A DNA stretch of 64,000 nucleotides from Tubulanus polymorphus (GCF_964204645.1 NC_134028.1:20456345-20520344); one strand, 5' to 3'; shown: positions 30,414-44,308, counted from the stretch's first letter. Numbers and translations: made by a program. The notes: generated by a model not told the origin, from the sequence alone.

Positions 30414-31077
30414 ACTTATTTCCCGTTCGCATTGCTTTGTGGGAGTTTTTATAACAGTTGATTTACAGTCGGGCTCAGTTAAACCTCGTCTCAAAAGAGA
30501 ACCACTGTCGCAGTATTTAATACCGTACGCCTTCAGGTTTAATTCACTCGTCTGTAAGAAATATCTCGGCGAACAGGAATGTGAAAAATGGCGTTCGTTG
30601 CCGTACAGCCAGACGCAGCTGTCAGTGACAGCCGGAAGACACGCCCACACATCGGTCACACCTACAGGTATCAGCTCTCTTATTGAACATGTCAAGTTGA
30701 AACAAATCTTTTTTCTGGCGTTTCTAAACTGTTTAATTAGTTTTCTAACGCAGATGAACCGAATTACTTGTTATCGTTGAGATTGGGGTCTCGTGCAGTT
30801 GTTTGAGTGGAGGACTGGGAACCGAGAGGTCCCTAGATCGAAACCACATCTGGCTGTCCAGACACATGCATGGACTAAGCTCTGGTAACTCTGTCAGGTT
30901 GTGAGCCATAACAACCTATAAAAAGGCCTTGGTCGTCTCTTAAGAACCACAGGGTTACACTGTTACTTGCTGCTGGGATCCAAAACTCTTCTTATTACAC
31001 GCTAGGTGGCGTTACGGCAATAGAAACTTGTCCTATTGTCCTATGTATTGGACACCGTCTGAAACAACTGGAAGCTC
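30414..31077 (+). pseudogene. class B GPCR ectodomain exon remnants (unit 2); a second tandem copy lies at about 31750-32415
   Basis: Two exons (ending TACAG|GTATCA and starting GCAG|ATGAACC) homologous to 60591-61093; frameshifted. Confidence 0.7.
30785..30960 (+). mobile_element. SINE-like insert of about 180 bp interrupting the GPCR HRM exon; also at about 8607, 9922, 32124, 47364-47487 (inverted), 51774 and 53087
   Basis: Absent from the uninterrupted exons at 43904 and 60964. tRNA-like head GGGGTCTCGTGCAG..GACTGGGAACC..GAGGTCCC with a B-box-like GATCGAAACC. Confidence 0.5.
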
Positions 31078-31348
31078 GTAAGTATCACCTGCTAAGAGGT
31101 TCCCGGGTACTTGTAAGTAATTTCCGCACACCCCTTTTGGGGGAACTGTAAACTGCAAATCGTCAATGAAATCAATACATCACTAAATTCATTTCTAATG
31201 CCAAAAGAATTATTTATTTGCATTTTCAAGCATTGACATAAATTTGAATCGTATAGAACAAGGAAACGCGAAACCTACAGAATTAGAAAATACATCTTCT
31301 AGTATAATGCGATGCTGTTCAAATTATCCATCATTTCTATATACATAT

Positions 31349-31497
31349 CTAGTTTTCTAGTTTTTTCAATGCATTTTTCAGAGATTTCAAATTGTTTCTT
31401 AGATCTTTGGCATTTTTTCGTACGTAATCGAAAATCAGCGATTTGCCTTGTTTTGACTTGAAGACTTTCGACAAAACGCTAGGTAGTTGTGAACCTT
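31349..31497 (-). pseudogene. family X fragment (3' half of the last exon)
   Basis: Same breakpoint as 9154-9302. Confidence 0.85.
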
Positions 31498-32690
31498 ATT
31501 TTTGGAAATGAGTTGTTGTAGGAAGTCTATATTCGGGATTGGAAACTTCCGCGGAATCCTCAAAAGATTGGATTCGAACCGTTTACGGTATGTTCCATTG
31601 CGCATGTCTATTGCACGCGACAGAACAATAATCTCCCGTTCGATATGGCTTCGATGTTAGACGTGAAAGATGAAACTAGGAAAAGACTTTCATATTTGAG
31701 TGTTTTGCGAGGTGATATCGATATTGTTTATAGGTAATTCGATTTTCAGACTTATTTCCCGTTCGCATTGCTTTGTGGGAGATTTTATAACAGTTGATTT
31801 ACAGTCGGGCTCAGTTAAACCTCGTCTCAAGAGAGAAACCACTGTCACAGTATTTAATACCGGCCGGACGCCTTCAGGTTTAATTCACTCGTCTGTCAGA
31901 AATATCTCAGCGAACAAGAATGTAAAAAATGGTATTCGTTGCCGTACAGCCAGACACAGCTGTTAGCGACAGCTGGAAGACACGCCCACACATCGGTCAC
32001 ACCTACAGGTATCAGCTCTCTTACTGAACATGTCAAGTTGAAACTTATATCTTTTTTCTGGCGCTTCTAACTTCTAAACTGTTTAATTTGTTTTGAACCG
32101 AATTACTTGTTATCGTTGAGATTGGGGTCTCGTGCAGTTGTTTGAGTGGAGGACTGGGAACCAAGAGGTCCCTAGATCGAAACCACATCTGGCGTTGGCT
32201 GTCGAGACACATGCATGGACTCAGCTCTGGTAACTCTGTCAGGTTGTGAGCCATAACAACCTATAAAAAGGCCTTGGCCGTCTCTTAAGAACCACTAGGG
32301 TTACAGTGTTACTCGCTGCTGGGACGAAAAACTCTTCTTATTACATGCTAGGTGGCGTTACGGCAATATAAACTTGTTCTATGTATTGGACACCGTCTGA
32401 AACAACTGGAAGCTCGTAAGTATCACCTGCTAAGAGGTTCCCGGGTTACTTGTAAGTAATATCCGCACACCCCTTTCTGGAGAACTGTAAACTGCGAATC
32501 GTCAATGAAATCAATACATCACTAAATTCATTTCTAATGCCAAAAGAATTATTTATTTGCATTTTCAAGCACTGATACAAATTTGAATCGTATAGAACAA
32601 GGAAACGCGAAACCTACAGAATTAGAACATACATCTTCTAGTATAATGCGATGCAGGTCAAATTATCCATCATTTCTAAATATTTTTTCT

Positions 32691-33223
32691 CTAGTTTTCT
32701 TTATTTTTTTTCAATGCATTTTTCAGAGATTTCAAATTGTTTCTTAGATCTTTGGCATTTTTTCTTACGTAATCGATAATCAGCGATTTGCCTTGTTTTG
32801 ACTGAAATACTTTCGCCAAAACGCTAGGTAGTTGTGAACCTTTTAACTTTAGATCGTCCAAGATCTTGCTGTTGACGATAGTTTCGCAATCTAATTTGCT
32901 CAGTGGTCCCGATATGACCTTGCCGTAATGTTCGACAGCAAGAGATGATACCTGTCGATGAAACCAAACACATAATTGAAAATGCTATTTCCCGGAAAAC
33001 CCTTTAAATACAACACTGAGATTATAAGAATTTTAAGAGGTTATAGTGAGTGTAGCTGCGATGGATTAACACACGTGATAGGATTGAAAAAACGCTTTTT
33101 GACGATTACAGCGTTTTCTCTTTATAGACAGATATTTACCTTGCGACATGTACTTTCATCAATGGCATCGGTTGAAACCCAGAAAACGGCCAGAAAAACC
33201 ACCAAAAAACTGATCAATTTCAT
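32691..33223 (-). CDS. family X copy F (114 aa, A-type); exons 33223-33140 and 32951-32691
   Basis: Near-identical to copy A; exon lengths 84 and 261 nt; frame open. Confidence 0.85.
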
Positions 33224-36021
33224 GTTGTCTCCGTAAAACTGTAATCAGATCATAGAAATAGAGATTGGTTTCCGGCAGTGTCAGAACTGGAGACTGGTCC
33301 CCGGCTGTTTCAGAAATACAGATATCATTAGTGATCTTACCTGTTTAATGTGTGTTGAGGTTTAACGTGATGTCAAAGCGACTGACGAATGTTTCATTTT
33401 GTCGATTGAATCATGCGAGTTTTATACATATTTTGGGCTGAATAATATTTGATCAGAAGTTGCTGAACGGCTTCACATTAAACATCCCACTCAGTAGATT
33501 TAATACCAACTATTTACAGGATCGAGATTCGATTATTTCTGCTTTGTTTAATCTGTCTGCATCTGTTTTTCTACTGTATATTGCTGGAAATTTGAAGGAC
33601 GATGGAGGTTTTACATTTTAATCGACAATTCCACGAAAGAGTCAACTTATTATTGTAAATAAACTCATTTTAACTAAACTCATAAAAGATAAACTCATTT
33701 TAACTCTTGAGTCAAATTCAACTGAACTTAGGTACTTTGTCCAGGACAGTGTAAATGGATCCTAGAAACAAGTCTAGAAGTGTGGAACTTGGTCAAAAAC
33801 TGTAGAAGTAGGTCCAGAACTGGATCTATTATGCGGCTTTCATGAATTATATTTATGGGCTTTCAGGAATATTATTGAGCTTCAGTTATTTCAGTTGTTA
33901 AACTATAGCAACAAGTAATGTACGGAAACTGAATTTCATGGCCAGTGTTGCTATTATCAGACAACCTGCGTTGATGCTTGCGTCACACGTATAAAACAAT
34001 AACAGTAAGAAGATTTTAACAGAAACCCGATACTGGAGAAATGACACGACCGCAACACTGGTTAACATTTAGAAACCATACCAGATCCACAACACTGTCG
34101 AAGTAGGCCTAGAAATGTGGACCTGGGTCCACAACTATGAAGTAGGTCCACAACTGTGAAACTGGGCCCACAACTGCAGAAGTAGGTTTAGAAGACAGTG
34201 CTGAACTGGGTAATCGTGTCGAAGAAGGTCCAGATTACTGTGGACCGTAGAAGTATGTCCAGAAGTGTGGAACTGGGTCCATAGAAGTGGGTCCAGAAGT
34301 GTGGAATTGGATCCACAACTGTCGAATAGGTCCAGCACTGTATGACTGGATCGACAACTGTAGAAGCAGGTCCAAAATTGTGTAACTGGATCCACAACTG
34401 TAGAAATAAATCGACGAGAAGTCGTTCAATTTGAAGAATGAAAGTTTTGCATATTTGATGGGCGCTGTGATAATATATGGATTAGGGAGTCTAAAAATTC
34501 AGTTCAAAGATTGAAAATGAACTTATTTTGACAATAAATACCTGTGTTAAAACATCATTTTGTCTGAACACCGTCTGGGGCTTATTCAGACGGTACCCCT
34601 AGACTTCATCGCCCCCTTCCCATTTAAATTCATTAAATTTCCTCAGGTTTACAATTCATGAGCATACAGATTTGTCGGCATGAATTCAAACCGTGGCAGA
34701 AACTTCAAGACATGACTTGGAGTATTTGCCATGGAGGTGATCTGTTAAAACCGACCATTGTCATCTAATTAAAACAAAATAATTACTGGTCGGTTTAAAT
34801 AGAATCTAACTGGTGATCAATGCAATCAATGATTTTATTGATATTCACTGCGTTAAAACAATCGACGTAATGCGTTATTTTCGCCCATTCTCCCCAAACT
34901 AAACAAGTTCTCGTCGATTTATTGCAAATACAGAAAAAACACGGAATATGTAAGTCAAAACGTCCTTTTTTCAGGTTGAGACCAAATTCTGCAGTTTTGC
35001 CCATGAGTTCCACACTCCTGGACCAAGTTCCATAAAACGAGATTCTGTTCCACAGTTCTGGATCTATTTCCACGTGTGGACCCAATTCTTCAGTTCTGCA
35101 TGGACCCTCCAGTTGTAGACCCAGCTACGCAGTTCTGAATCTATTTCTACCGTTTTGGATCCAGTTCCACGGTAATGGAGATACGTCTACAGCTTGGTCC
35201 CAGTTCCACAATTATGGTTCTACTTCTACAGTTGTGGATCCAGTTCCAGCTGGACGCATTTCAACCATTGTGGATCGGTTATATAGTTCTGGACCCGCTT
35301 CTACAGTTGTGGACCCTGTTCCACAGTTCTGGATCTACTTCTACAGTTTAAGACCCAGTTCCACACTTCTGGACCCGTTTCTACAGTTGTTGGCCAAGTT
35401 CCACAGATGTGGACCTACCCCTACAGTTGTGGTCATGACTCCACACTTCTGGATTTGCTTATTTAGGATCCAGCGCCACAGTCCTGGACAAAGTTCCTAA
35501 GTTCGGTTGAATTTGACTCAAGAGTTTGAAAATGAGTTCATTTTCAATAAGTTGCCTCTCTGTGAAATTGTGGAACTGTAGAACCGGAAGTAGTTCGTAT
35601 GATATTTGAAAATAAAGTTTAAATCTAGTCTTTTACAATAATCAATTCATGTGTCCATAAAAAATATGTCGAACCTCCATCGTCCTTCAAATTTCCAGCA
35701 GTATAGAGTAGAAAAACAGGGCCAGACAGATTAAACAAAGCAAAAATAATCGAATCGATCCTGATAAATAGTTGAAATTAATTCAGCAACTTCTGATCAA
35801 ATATTATTCAGCCCAAAATGTATAAAACTGGCAAGATTCAATCGACAAAATGAGACATTCGTCAGTCGCTTCAACAGCACGTTAAATCTCAACACACATT
35901 ATACAGGTAAGATCAATTCTTATATCGGTAGTTCTGACACAGCTGGAAACGAGTCTCCAGTTCTGACTGCCGGGAACCAGACTCTATTTCTATGATCTGA
36001 TTGCAGTTTTTCGGATACAAC

Positions 36022-36729
36022 ATGAAATTGATAAGTTTTTTGGTGGTTTTTCTGGCCGTTCTCTGGGCTTCAACCGATGCCATTGATGAAAGTACATGTC
36101 GCAAGGTAAATATCTTTTAGTCATATCACGTGTGGTAATCAATCGCAGCTACACTCCTGAACCTTAAGTCTACAAATCTCCTTGATCCCACGTGCAGTTG
36201 ATATTACTTAGGGAAAGAAGATTAATTAACGGAAAAACCTCTCAGTATTTGAAACAAATCTCTGAAGATGAGTGGAAGTATTCCTCCCGAAACGTTAGAA
36301 TGAAATAACAACTGTTGTTTAAGATCTATATTGTGGGTTTTTACGCAGGACTGGAAATAGTCTCAACTATTTATAACCTCTTAGTATAACCTCCTGATAA
36401 TCGTGACATCAATGTTGTAATTTAAGGGTTCAGCAGGAAAAACCATTTTCAATTACATTTTTATTATATAGGTAGCATCTCTTGCTGTCGAACATTACGG
36501 CAAGGCCATATCGGGACCACTGAGCAAATTAGATTGCGATACCATCGTCAACAGCAAGATCTTGGACGATCTAAAGTTACAAGGTTCACAACTACCTAGC
36601 GTTTTGGCGAAAGTCTTCAAGTCAACACAAGGCAAATCGAAGATTTTCGCTTACGTACGAAACAATGTCAACGTCATTAGAAACAATTTGAAAACTTTGA
36701 AAGAAGCATTGAAAAAACTAGAAAACTAG
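36022..36729 (+). CDS. family X copy G (113 aa, B-type); exons 36022-36105 and 36472-36729
   Basis: Near-identical to copy B, ends ALKKLEN*; AATAAA at 36862. Confidence 0.85.
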
Positions 36730-38159
36730 AAAATTCCATGCATAATGATCGATAATTCCAGCAAAATTGTATTTATACTAGAAGATGTATGTTCTAATTC
36801 TATAGATTCCGGGTTTCCTTGTTCTATACGATTAAAATTTATGTCAATGTTTGAAAATGCAAATAAATAGTTCTTAGTCGGCATAAACTGAATGTAGTGA
36901 TGTATTGATTTCATTGACGGTTCGTAGTTTGCAGTGCCCCCGGAAACCGGTGAGCAGATGAAACGAGTTCCCGGTGTCTCCAGACGGTGTCCAATGCACG
37001 GGACAGGTTTTTTTAAGGTTAACATTACGGGTAAGGGAGTTAGTAGTGGGACGATCTTGCATGCCAATTAATGCAAACGGGAGATTGTGAATGGAACCCG
37101 AGGATAAGTCTACAGAATTTATTCCAACCTGGGCAGATATGGCTGTTTGGATCCAGCCAATGATTACATAATCAGTTAGACCAGGACGGCATTAAGAATC
37201 TTCAACTTATGACAACGCAATTTTCAATTCAATTCAATTCAAAATTTATTCAGTAAATAATCATATAAATGGTTGCGGCTCAATATAATATAAAATCACA
37301 GCAAATGTATCAAAAATGTCAAACATACAGCGGATGGCTTAGTTCGCGTAGCATGCTTAAACTAAATCGCCAAAATATTTATGATTGGACTAGTTTTCTT
37401 GTATCTATCTTTTCGACTCTTAATCAACAGGCCCTTTGCCAAAACTTTGCAATGGAAAGCGAGGTGATCTAACCCGAATTTCACGTTTGTTTTAATGGTG
37501 TGCTCTAGATGGGAAAATCTGCGGGATGAACTCTTCAACGATATCATCAAAATATTCCCCAACATTAGAAACCTCGACAAGGAACACCAATTAACCTACT
37601 ACTTTCTTTCCATCTATTAGCCAAAATTGTAAGCAAATTCTTTGGATCAAGAGTTTAAGGCCTGAATATCTAATTCCATATCTACCCATTCCGAGTGAAT
37701 ATTATATTCGGTAACTTGCAATAATGTTAATTTTCTTTTCATTATCGTTCTATGTATAAGTTTTATACATCATTTTTATGTACAAATTTTATATCATCCA
37801 CAATCGTGTACGATTGCATGAATACTAAACATTGAATAACCTGTATTGTGGAATTGAAAACGCTATCAATACCGACATGTTACTGAATCAATATTCACTG
37901 ATGGCTTAATCAGGCCGCAAAACATATACTGCCTTGAAAATAGACGTTCGTCAGCAAAATATTGCAATCGCGACCAGCCCATCGGTATAGAGATATCTTG
38001 CTGCAGAAATAGATATATCACTGTGACGTACATTGTTTTATTTTCTGAAATTCTTCATTAGAATATTTGCATGTACTATCTCATTCGACTTTCCTGGAGG
38101 AACTTACTGTAGACCGCGATAATTGCAGGTCCCTTGTACATCCACATCGTGACGCAGCA

Positions 38160-38570
38160 GCGATGCAAAAAAGCAGCGAAAGCAATAAAAGAACAATATT
38201 TACAGGTGTAGTTGACACACTGATCAAATTTCATACCGAATGGGAACTGTCATTCCTCCGATGGAATCACAAATAAGATGAAAGAAAGTCGATGGACGGA
38301 AATTTCTCAGGCCGTAAACTCAGTTGCTCCAGTGCTCGAACGGAGAGTGCAGGAAAAATAAACCAATTTGAAGAGTCGTAGCAAACGGGGGCACATTTTT
38401 ATCCGAAGACACCAGCATGGTACAGGGGGAAGAAACACCACTGGTGGAGATCTTACGCCTGTAGAAGGGAAGTTAATGGCGTTGATGACAAAAGAGCAGT
38501 TGTATGGAATCGAAAGCGACGCAGGCCTAACACTGCCGCGAGAACCTCGAAAAGAAATGAGACTGAGGAG
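38160..38570 (+). mobile_element. decayed Myb/SANT-like DNA-binding ORF of PIF/Harbinger type
   Basis: Reads RWTEISQAVNSVAPV..K*TNLKSRSK..GTGG..DLTPVEGKLMALM..LYGIE, matching the Harbinger Myb/SANT (NAIF1-like) pattern; in-frame stops. Confidence 0.7.
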
Positions 38571-39090
38571 AATCTGTTTGTTATATAAATTATAAATAAC
38601 CATATGATAACAATGTTATATAATTATATAAAATATCAGATTCGTTTTCGTCTTATGAGATGGACGGTGCCTTACCGAAATGAATGCGGAAAGATGAAAT
38701 TGTTCCGTTGCCACTGATCCTCATCAGCGGGTTTCAGAGTCAACTAGGGAAGAAGCAATGGGGAGATATACCTTCCTAGGTAGGACGGGAATTGCGCATG
38801 CACAATCCCTTTTCGTTCAAAGGATTTCTTCAATTGCTGATTTTCAGACCTTATTTTTCTGTTCGTATTGCTTTGTGGGAGTTTTTTTTTCCAATGGGGA
38901 GCACCTGGCGATCAATACGATAATGAATTACAGTCGAGTTCAGTTAAAAGTCATCTTTAAAGAGAACCAGAGTCAGCTTTTAATACCGGACGCGTTCAAG
39001 TTAGAAATATCTCAGCGAACAAGAATGTGAAATATAGCTGCAAAGCAGCGATAACGGGTTTTCTGCACAGTCTTAGAATGCAGTTCAACG

Positions 39091-39323
39091 GTGGATTTCG
39101 ACAAAGCATTCGATAAGGCACAACATCAGGCATTACTAACCAGGCTATTAGGAAACATCATTAATGAAAGGTCACTCAAATGGCTCAGCAGTTATCTCTG
39201 AACGAAAACTTGTAGCCGAAATCAACGGTACGCCTCATCTTGGAATAAGTCAGTCTAACTAGTGGAGTCACGCAAGGTAGTATCCTAAGTTGTCTTCTGT
39301 TTAATGTCCTGACAAATGACATA
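39091..39323 (+). mobile_element. non-LTR reverse transcriptase fragment (CR1/L2-like), decayed
   Basis: VDFDKAFDKAQHQALLTRL..LKWLSSYL* and SGVTQGSILSCLLFNVLTNDI are RT core motifs. Confidence 0.85.
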
Positions 39324-40120
39324 TACAGTTATCCAACATATACCAGACCGAGTAAATTTCCAAATCGAACTTAACGCGCTGTTCGACCAAAAAACGTAAT
39401 GTTCCAACCAGAAAATCTTGTTCGAATGAAAATAATTCTGTTTGATCGAACAATACGCTTTTTGCTTGAACCAAAAATTTTCTTCATTCTGACAGAAAAT
39501 GTGTTCTAATAAAAAGCTATGTTATTGTTGAATTGAAAAGTTTGGTTGAGCGAAAACAATTTTTTCGAACGAATGTTTGAATGAAAAAAATTCTGTTCGA
39601 TTGAACGAAATACTTAATACTTTCGGTTCGGAGAAAAAACTTTTTTCAATATACTTGTTCGAACGAAAAACTTAATGTTCTGACAAGAAAGTTCTGTTCA
39701 AATTAAAACGATTCTGTTCAATTGAATGATTGTTCGAACGAAAAACCTTTCGTTTGGACAAAAAAAAGTTTGTTCAACTTTGTTCTAACGATTTTTTCAA
39801 ATTGGTTCAATTGTATAGAATATTATTGGTTCGAACGAAATAAATATTGTTCCAACGAAAGAATTTTCAAGGGAAAGGTCTTTTGAACGAAAAAAAAGAT
39901 ATTTCTGGTGCTCCGCAGTAACTTAAAGCCAGACGTTGGTTGTTCTTGTGACACGATGCGATCCTCGCGTTGCATCGCAAGTTTCGATGCAAGTCGCTTG
40001 CAATACGATTGTGTGCGACTAGTTTCTGCCAGTCGCAAGAGCGCGTCGGTTGGTTGTGACAGTCGTGTCGCGTCGCAGAAAGTAGAACACCTACGACTCC
40101 ATGTGACTGGCGTTGCTGAA

Positions 40121-40790
40121 AGATGAGGACGCCAGTGATATGACGACTGAGTTTCAAGTCGTCAAAACGTCACGATATGTCGACATATTCATGTCGAATT
40201 GATGCGATATATCGACATAGATATGGCGACTTGTCGAGTTGGAACGCAACAACTCGAGGCCCTTTATCGCTTCCGTAGATCTTTCATTAAGTAGGATCAC
40301 TTGAATGATCGCTTTAATATCACTTTTAAAAAAAAGAATCTGCCAAAATGACCTTAATATTCGACACTATATCTACGGAAGCGATAAGGGGCCTCGAAAT
40401 GACGCGTTCCAACTCGACAAGTCGCCATATTATTGTCGACATACCGCGATGTATCGCGTCAAGTCGACATGAATATGTCGATATATCGTGACGTTTTGAC
40501 GACATATTTCGTTTTCTCAACCATTTTCCTCGCGAAAAGTCGACATATTCATGACGACTTGAAACTCAGTCGTCATATTACTGGCGTCCTCATCTTACAT
40601 TTAGACATGTCTTCAAATGACGGCTTGTCCCGTGGAAAATGAGCAAATAAGCGAAATTTGTCGTGAAAACGTCACGATATGTAGACATATTCATGTGGAC
40701 TTGACACGATATATCGCGATATATTGACATAAATATGGCGACTTGTCGAGTTTGAACGTGACAACTCGAGGCCCTTTATCACTTCCGTAC
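40121..40790. repeat. MITE-like inverted repeat (arms 40121-40280 and 40371-40595) with a third partial copy at 40666-40790
   Basis: AGATGAGGACGCCAGT..TGACGACTGAGTTTCAAGTCGTCA and its reverse complement; CpG/GTCGAC-rich. Confidence 0.75.
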
Positions 40791-40877
40791 TATATCAGAT
40801 TAATCGACTTCAAAATAGGCGAAAGCATAAGTCTTTATTACGTTATTAATTGGCCCAATTATTCAAAAGCTAATAAT

Positions 40878-42360
40878 GTGGGCGACAAAACCAAAAAAAT
40901 TAATTGTCGCGGGCGATAAAACCAAAATAATCAATTGTCGCGGGCGATAAAACCAAAATAATCAATTGTCGCTGGCGATAAAACCAAAATATTGAATTGT
41001 CACGGGCGACAAAACCAAAAAATGAATTGTCGCGGGCGATAAAACCAAAATCATGAATTGTCGCTGGCGACAAAACCAAAATATTCAATTGTCGCGGGCG
41101 ACAAAACCAAACTAATGAATTGTCGCGGGCGATTAAGCCAAAATAATGAATTGTCGCGGGCGATAAAACCAAAATATTGAAGTGTCGCGGGCGATAAAAC
41201 CGCGACAAAAAGAGAAAAAAATTGTCGCGGGCGATAAAACCAAAATAATGAATTGTCGCGGGCGATAAAACCAAAATATTGAATTGTCGCCATTGTCGCG
41301 TGCGACAAAACCAAAATAATGAATTGTTCCGGGCGATAAAACCAAAATAATGAATTGTCGCGGGCGATAAAACCAAAATATTGAAGTGTCGCGGGCGATA
41401 AAACCGCGACAAAAAGAGAAAAAAATTGTCGCGGGCGATAAAACCAAAATAATGAATTGTCGCGGGCGATAAAACCAAAATATTGAATTGTCGCCATTGT
41501 CGCGTGCGACAAAACCAAAATAATGAATTGTTCCGGGCGATAAAACCAAAATAATGAATTGTCGCGGGCGATAAAACCAAAATATTGAAGTGTTGCGGGC
41601 GATAAAACCGCGACAAAAAGAGAAAAAAATTGTCGCGGGCGATAAAACCAAAATAATGAATTGTCGCCATTGTGTTGTGCGACAAAACCAAAATAATGAA
41701 TTGTTGCGGGCGATAAAACCAAAATAATGAATTATCGCGGGCGATAAAACCAAAATATTGAATTGTCGCGGGCGATAAAACCAAAATATTGAATTGTCGC
41801 AGGCGACAAATCCAAAAAATGAATTGTCGCGGCAGAAAAACCAAAATATTGAATTGTCTTGTACGACAAAACCAAAATATTGTTTTGTCGCGGGTGACAA
41901 AACCAAATTAATGAATTGTCGCGGGCGATAAAACCAAAATAATGAATTGTCGCGGGCGATAAAACCAAAATAATGAATTGTCGCTGGCGATAAAACCAAA
42001 ATATTAAATTGTCGCGGGCGACAAATCCAAAAAATGAATTGTCGCGGCAGAAAAACCAAAATCTTCAATTGTCGCGGGCGACAAAACCAAACTAATGAAT
42101 TGTTGCGGGCGATAAAACCAAAATAATGAATTGTTGCGGGCGATAAAACCGCGACAAAAAAAAAATTGTCGCGGGCGATAAAACCAAAATAATGAATTGT
42201 CGCGGGCGATAAAACCAAAATATTGAATTGTCATGGGCGACAAAACGAAAATATCGATTTGTCGTGGGTGACAAAACCAAATTAATGAATTGTCGCGGGC
42301 GATAAAACCAAAATAATGAATTGTCGCGGGCGACAAAACCAAAATTATTGTTTTGTCGCG
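40878..42360. repeat. 31-bp tandem satellite (AATTGTCGCGGGCGATAAAACCAAAATAATG)n, roughly 45-48 units
   Basis: Seen directly; monomers are adjacent with no unique spacers. Confidence 0.95.
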
Positions 42361-44308
42361 TTATTTTAGTTTTGTCGTTTTGTCAATAATGGCGCCCTCA
42401 TTTGCATGTACGTGTTTTTTCACGCATGGCCCTTATCAGCCACCATACTAAAGCCTTTAGGTCGCGTAAAACTCGATAAACACTTCAAGCGACACAGCGA
42501 ACGATCTCCTTTCCCCCACAGCCAACGCTTAACCTAGTAGAGGCTACTAGCCTATGTAGGCCTATGTATATGCGTAGGCCTAACATCCGGACAGATTGGT
42601 CGTAAGCCTATTGAATTTAACAACCCACCTAAATATCGTAAATTTTGTTTTGAAGTTCAATCCAATGAGTCCGTTAATAAACGCAACAATTGTACTGTGT
42701 TTGTTTGAGACAGTAAAGCTCAGTACCGGTAGGCCTAAAGCCGCGTCAAACTCGATAAACACTTCAAGCGACACAGCGAACGATCCCTTTCCCCCACAGC
42801 GAACGCTTACTCCGAATGTCAAGTGTGAGTCCAGCATACGGAAAGGATTATGTGTTATATACTTGTATTTAGTAAATACCTTGTGCATTTGACAATGATC
42901 GGTATGTACTGTAGGAAATATAGAGTATTGATGGTATTGATCTAGAGGCCCGCGGCCGAATAAAGTAATATATTCTTTTATTTTGATACCTCGTCGACAT
43001 AACAGCTTTTCTCCGCTATATCTCTTCGGCGTGTTTAGTTTAGGCCTACGATTCCCCTTTACACTAAAGATTTATCTTAGTAAATACACGGTTAATTCGG
43101 TAAAGAAAAATAGGTATTGTTATACTAACTCCTTGAAACCCGCAGCCAAATCACTGGTAGTAATAAATTAATTTGTACTCGATTTGATTCTCATGATGAG
43201 GAGAAACTCGCAGCTGATCCCCGGAACGACGATGTAGTAACACACGTCGATTCGTCGATGTTTACGGCTCGACAGTGCTTTTAAAATCTAAAGTAGTAAA
43301 TCTCCAGTGTATCGGTAATATGATCTGATGAGGAAAATGGGCTATTGTTAAAATCACTGTTTGAAGACCGCGACTGAATGTGAAGTCTGCGACAATAAAT
43401 TAGTTCATTTATACTTGAATTGATAATCGAAGTGACAGTCGGCCTGCGGGTTGATTTCGGGATGACGACTCGAAAAACATGTCGCCCCATTGAATGGGGC
43501 TAAATTTTCGATGTTTACAGCCCGACAGCGCTTTTGTAACGATGATTCGTGAAAAAACACGCGGGCTATTTGTAGATCTCAGTGAGCTGAACGATATTAT
43601 ATGGATTGTATATGAAACAGCGGTAAGGTAACAAAGCCTATGTTCTTTTGGTAAAAATAGTGTGGAAGAAAATAATAATAATAATAATCACGCGGATATC
43701 AATAGGGTTTTCTGTGAAATAACAGAAAACCCTAATAATTGGTGTTCTTGTTGCCATACAGCAGACAGTGTTGTGATCGATAGCCGGAAGACACGCGCGC
43801 ACACCGGTCACTGCAGGTATCAGCTTTCTCATAAAACATGTCAAGTTGGCACTTGTGTCTCCCCCTGGCGTTTCCGCACTGTTGATTTGTTTTTCTCTCG
43901 CAGATGAACCGAAACACTATCGTTGTCGGATGGTGTGGGACGGTGTTAGTTGTTGGGATATCACGCTAGGTGGGGTTACGGTAACAGAAACTTGTCCCGT
44001 GTATTGGACGCTGTCTGGAACAACTGGGAACTTGTAAGTATCACCTGCTAACATGTTCGCGGGTACTTGTAAATATCATCTGCTCATCGGTATTCGGGGG
44101 GAACTGTAAACTGCGAACCATCAATGAAATCAATACATCACTACATTCGTTTCTAATGCCGATTAAGAATTATTTATTTGCATTTTCAAACATTGACACA
44201 AATTATGATTGTATAGAACAAGGAAATGCGAAACCTATAGAATTAGAACATATATTTTCTAGTATGATAGAATGTTGCTCGAATTATCCATCATTTCCAT
44301 GGCATTTT

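Larger units (their letters stand above)
39032..43735. mobile_element. composite Helentron/HINE-like non-autonomous insertion, about 4.7 kb
   Basis: Absent at the paralogous site near 60791. Inserted at AA/TT with no clear TSD. Left end ATATAGCTGCAAAGCAGCGATAACGGGTTTTCTG; right end (AAT)n followed by a 13-bp stem-loop TAGGGTTTTCTGT-GAAATA-ACAGAAAACCCTA sharing GGGTTTTCTG with the left end. Confidence 0.65.
38848..44033 (+). pseudogene. class B GPCR ectodomain exons; first exon split by the 4.7 kb insertion (38848-39031 plus 43736-43816), HRM exon at 43904-44033
   Basis: The HRM exon reads DEPKHYRCRMVWDGVSCWDITLGGVTVTETCPVYW (C-x3-WDG-x2-CW..CP signature) and ends at GTAAGT. Confidence 0.8.

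Noticed and set aside
30352-30780. Recurrent ORFs MTEAQLSP.. (also at 8288, 47491, 51341)
   Set aside because: They start at TTG and run across intron and frameshifted GPCR remnant sequence; the recurrence reflects DNA duplication
30785-30850. tRNA gene
   Set aside because: No complete cloverleaf and degenerate A/B boxes; better explained as a SINE head
40878-42360. CRISPR-like array of palindromic 31-bp repeats and long ORFs of 223-361 aa
   Set aside because: The monomers are contiguous with no unique spacers, no cas genes are present, and the context is eukaryotic; the ORFs are satellite translations
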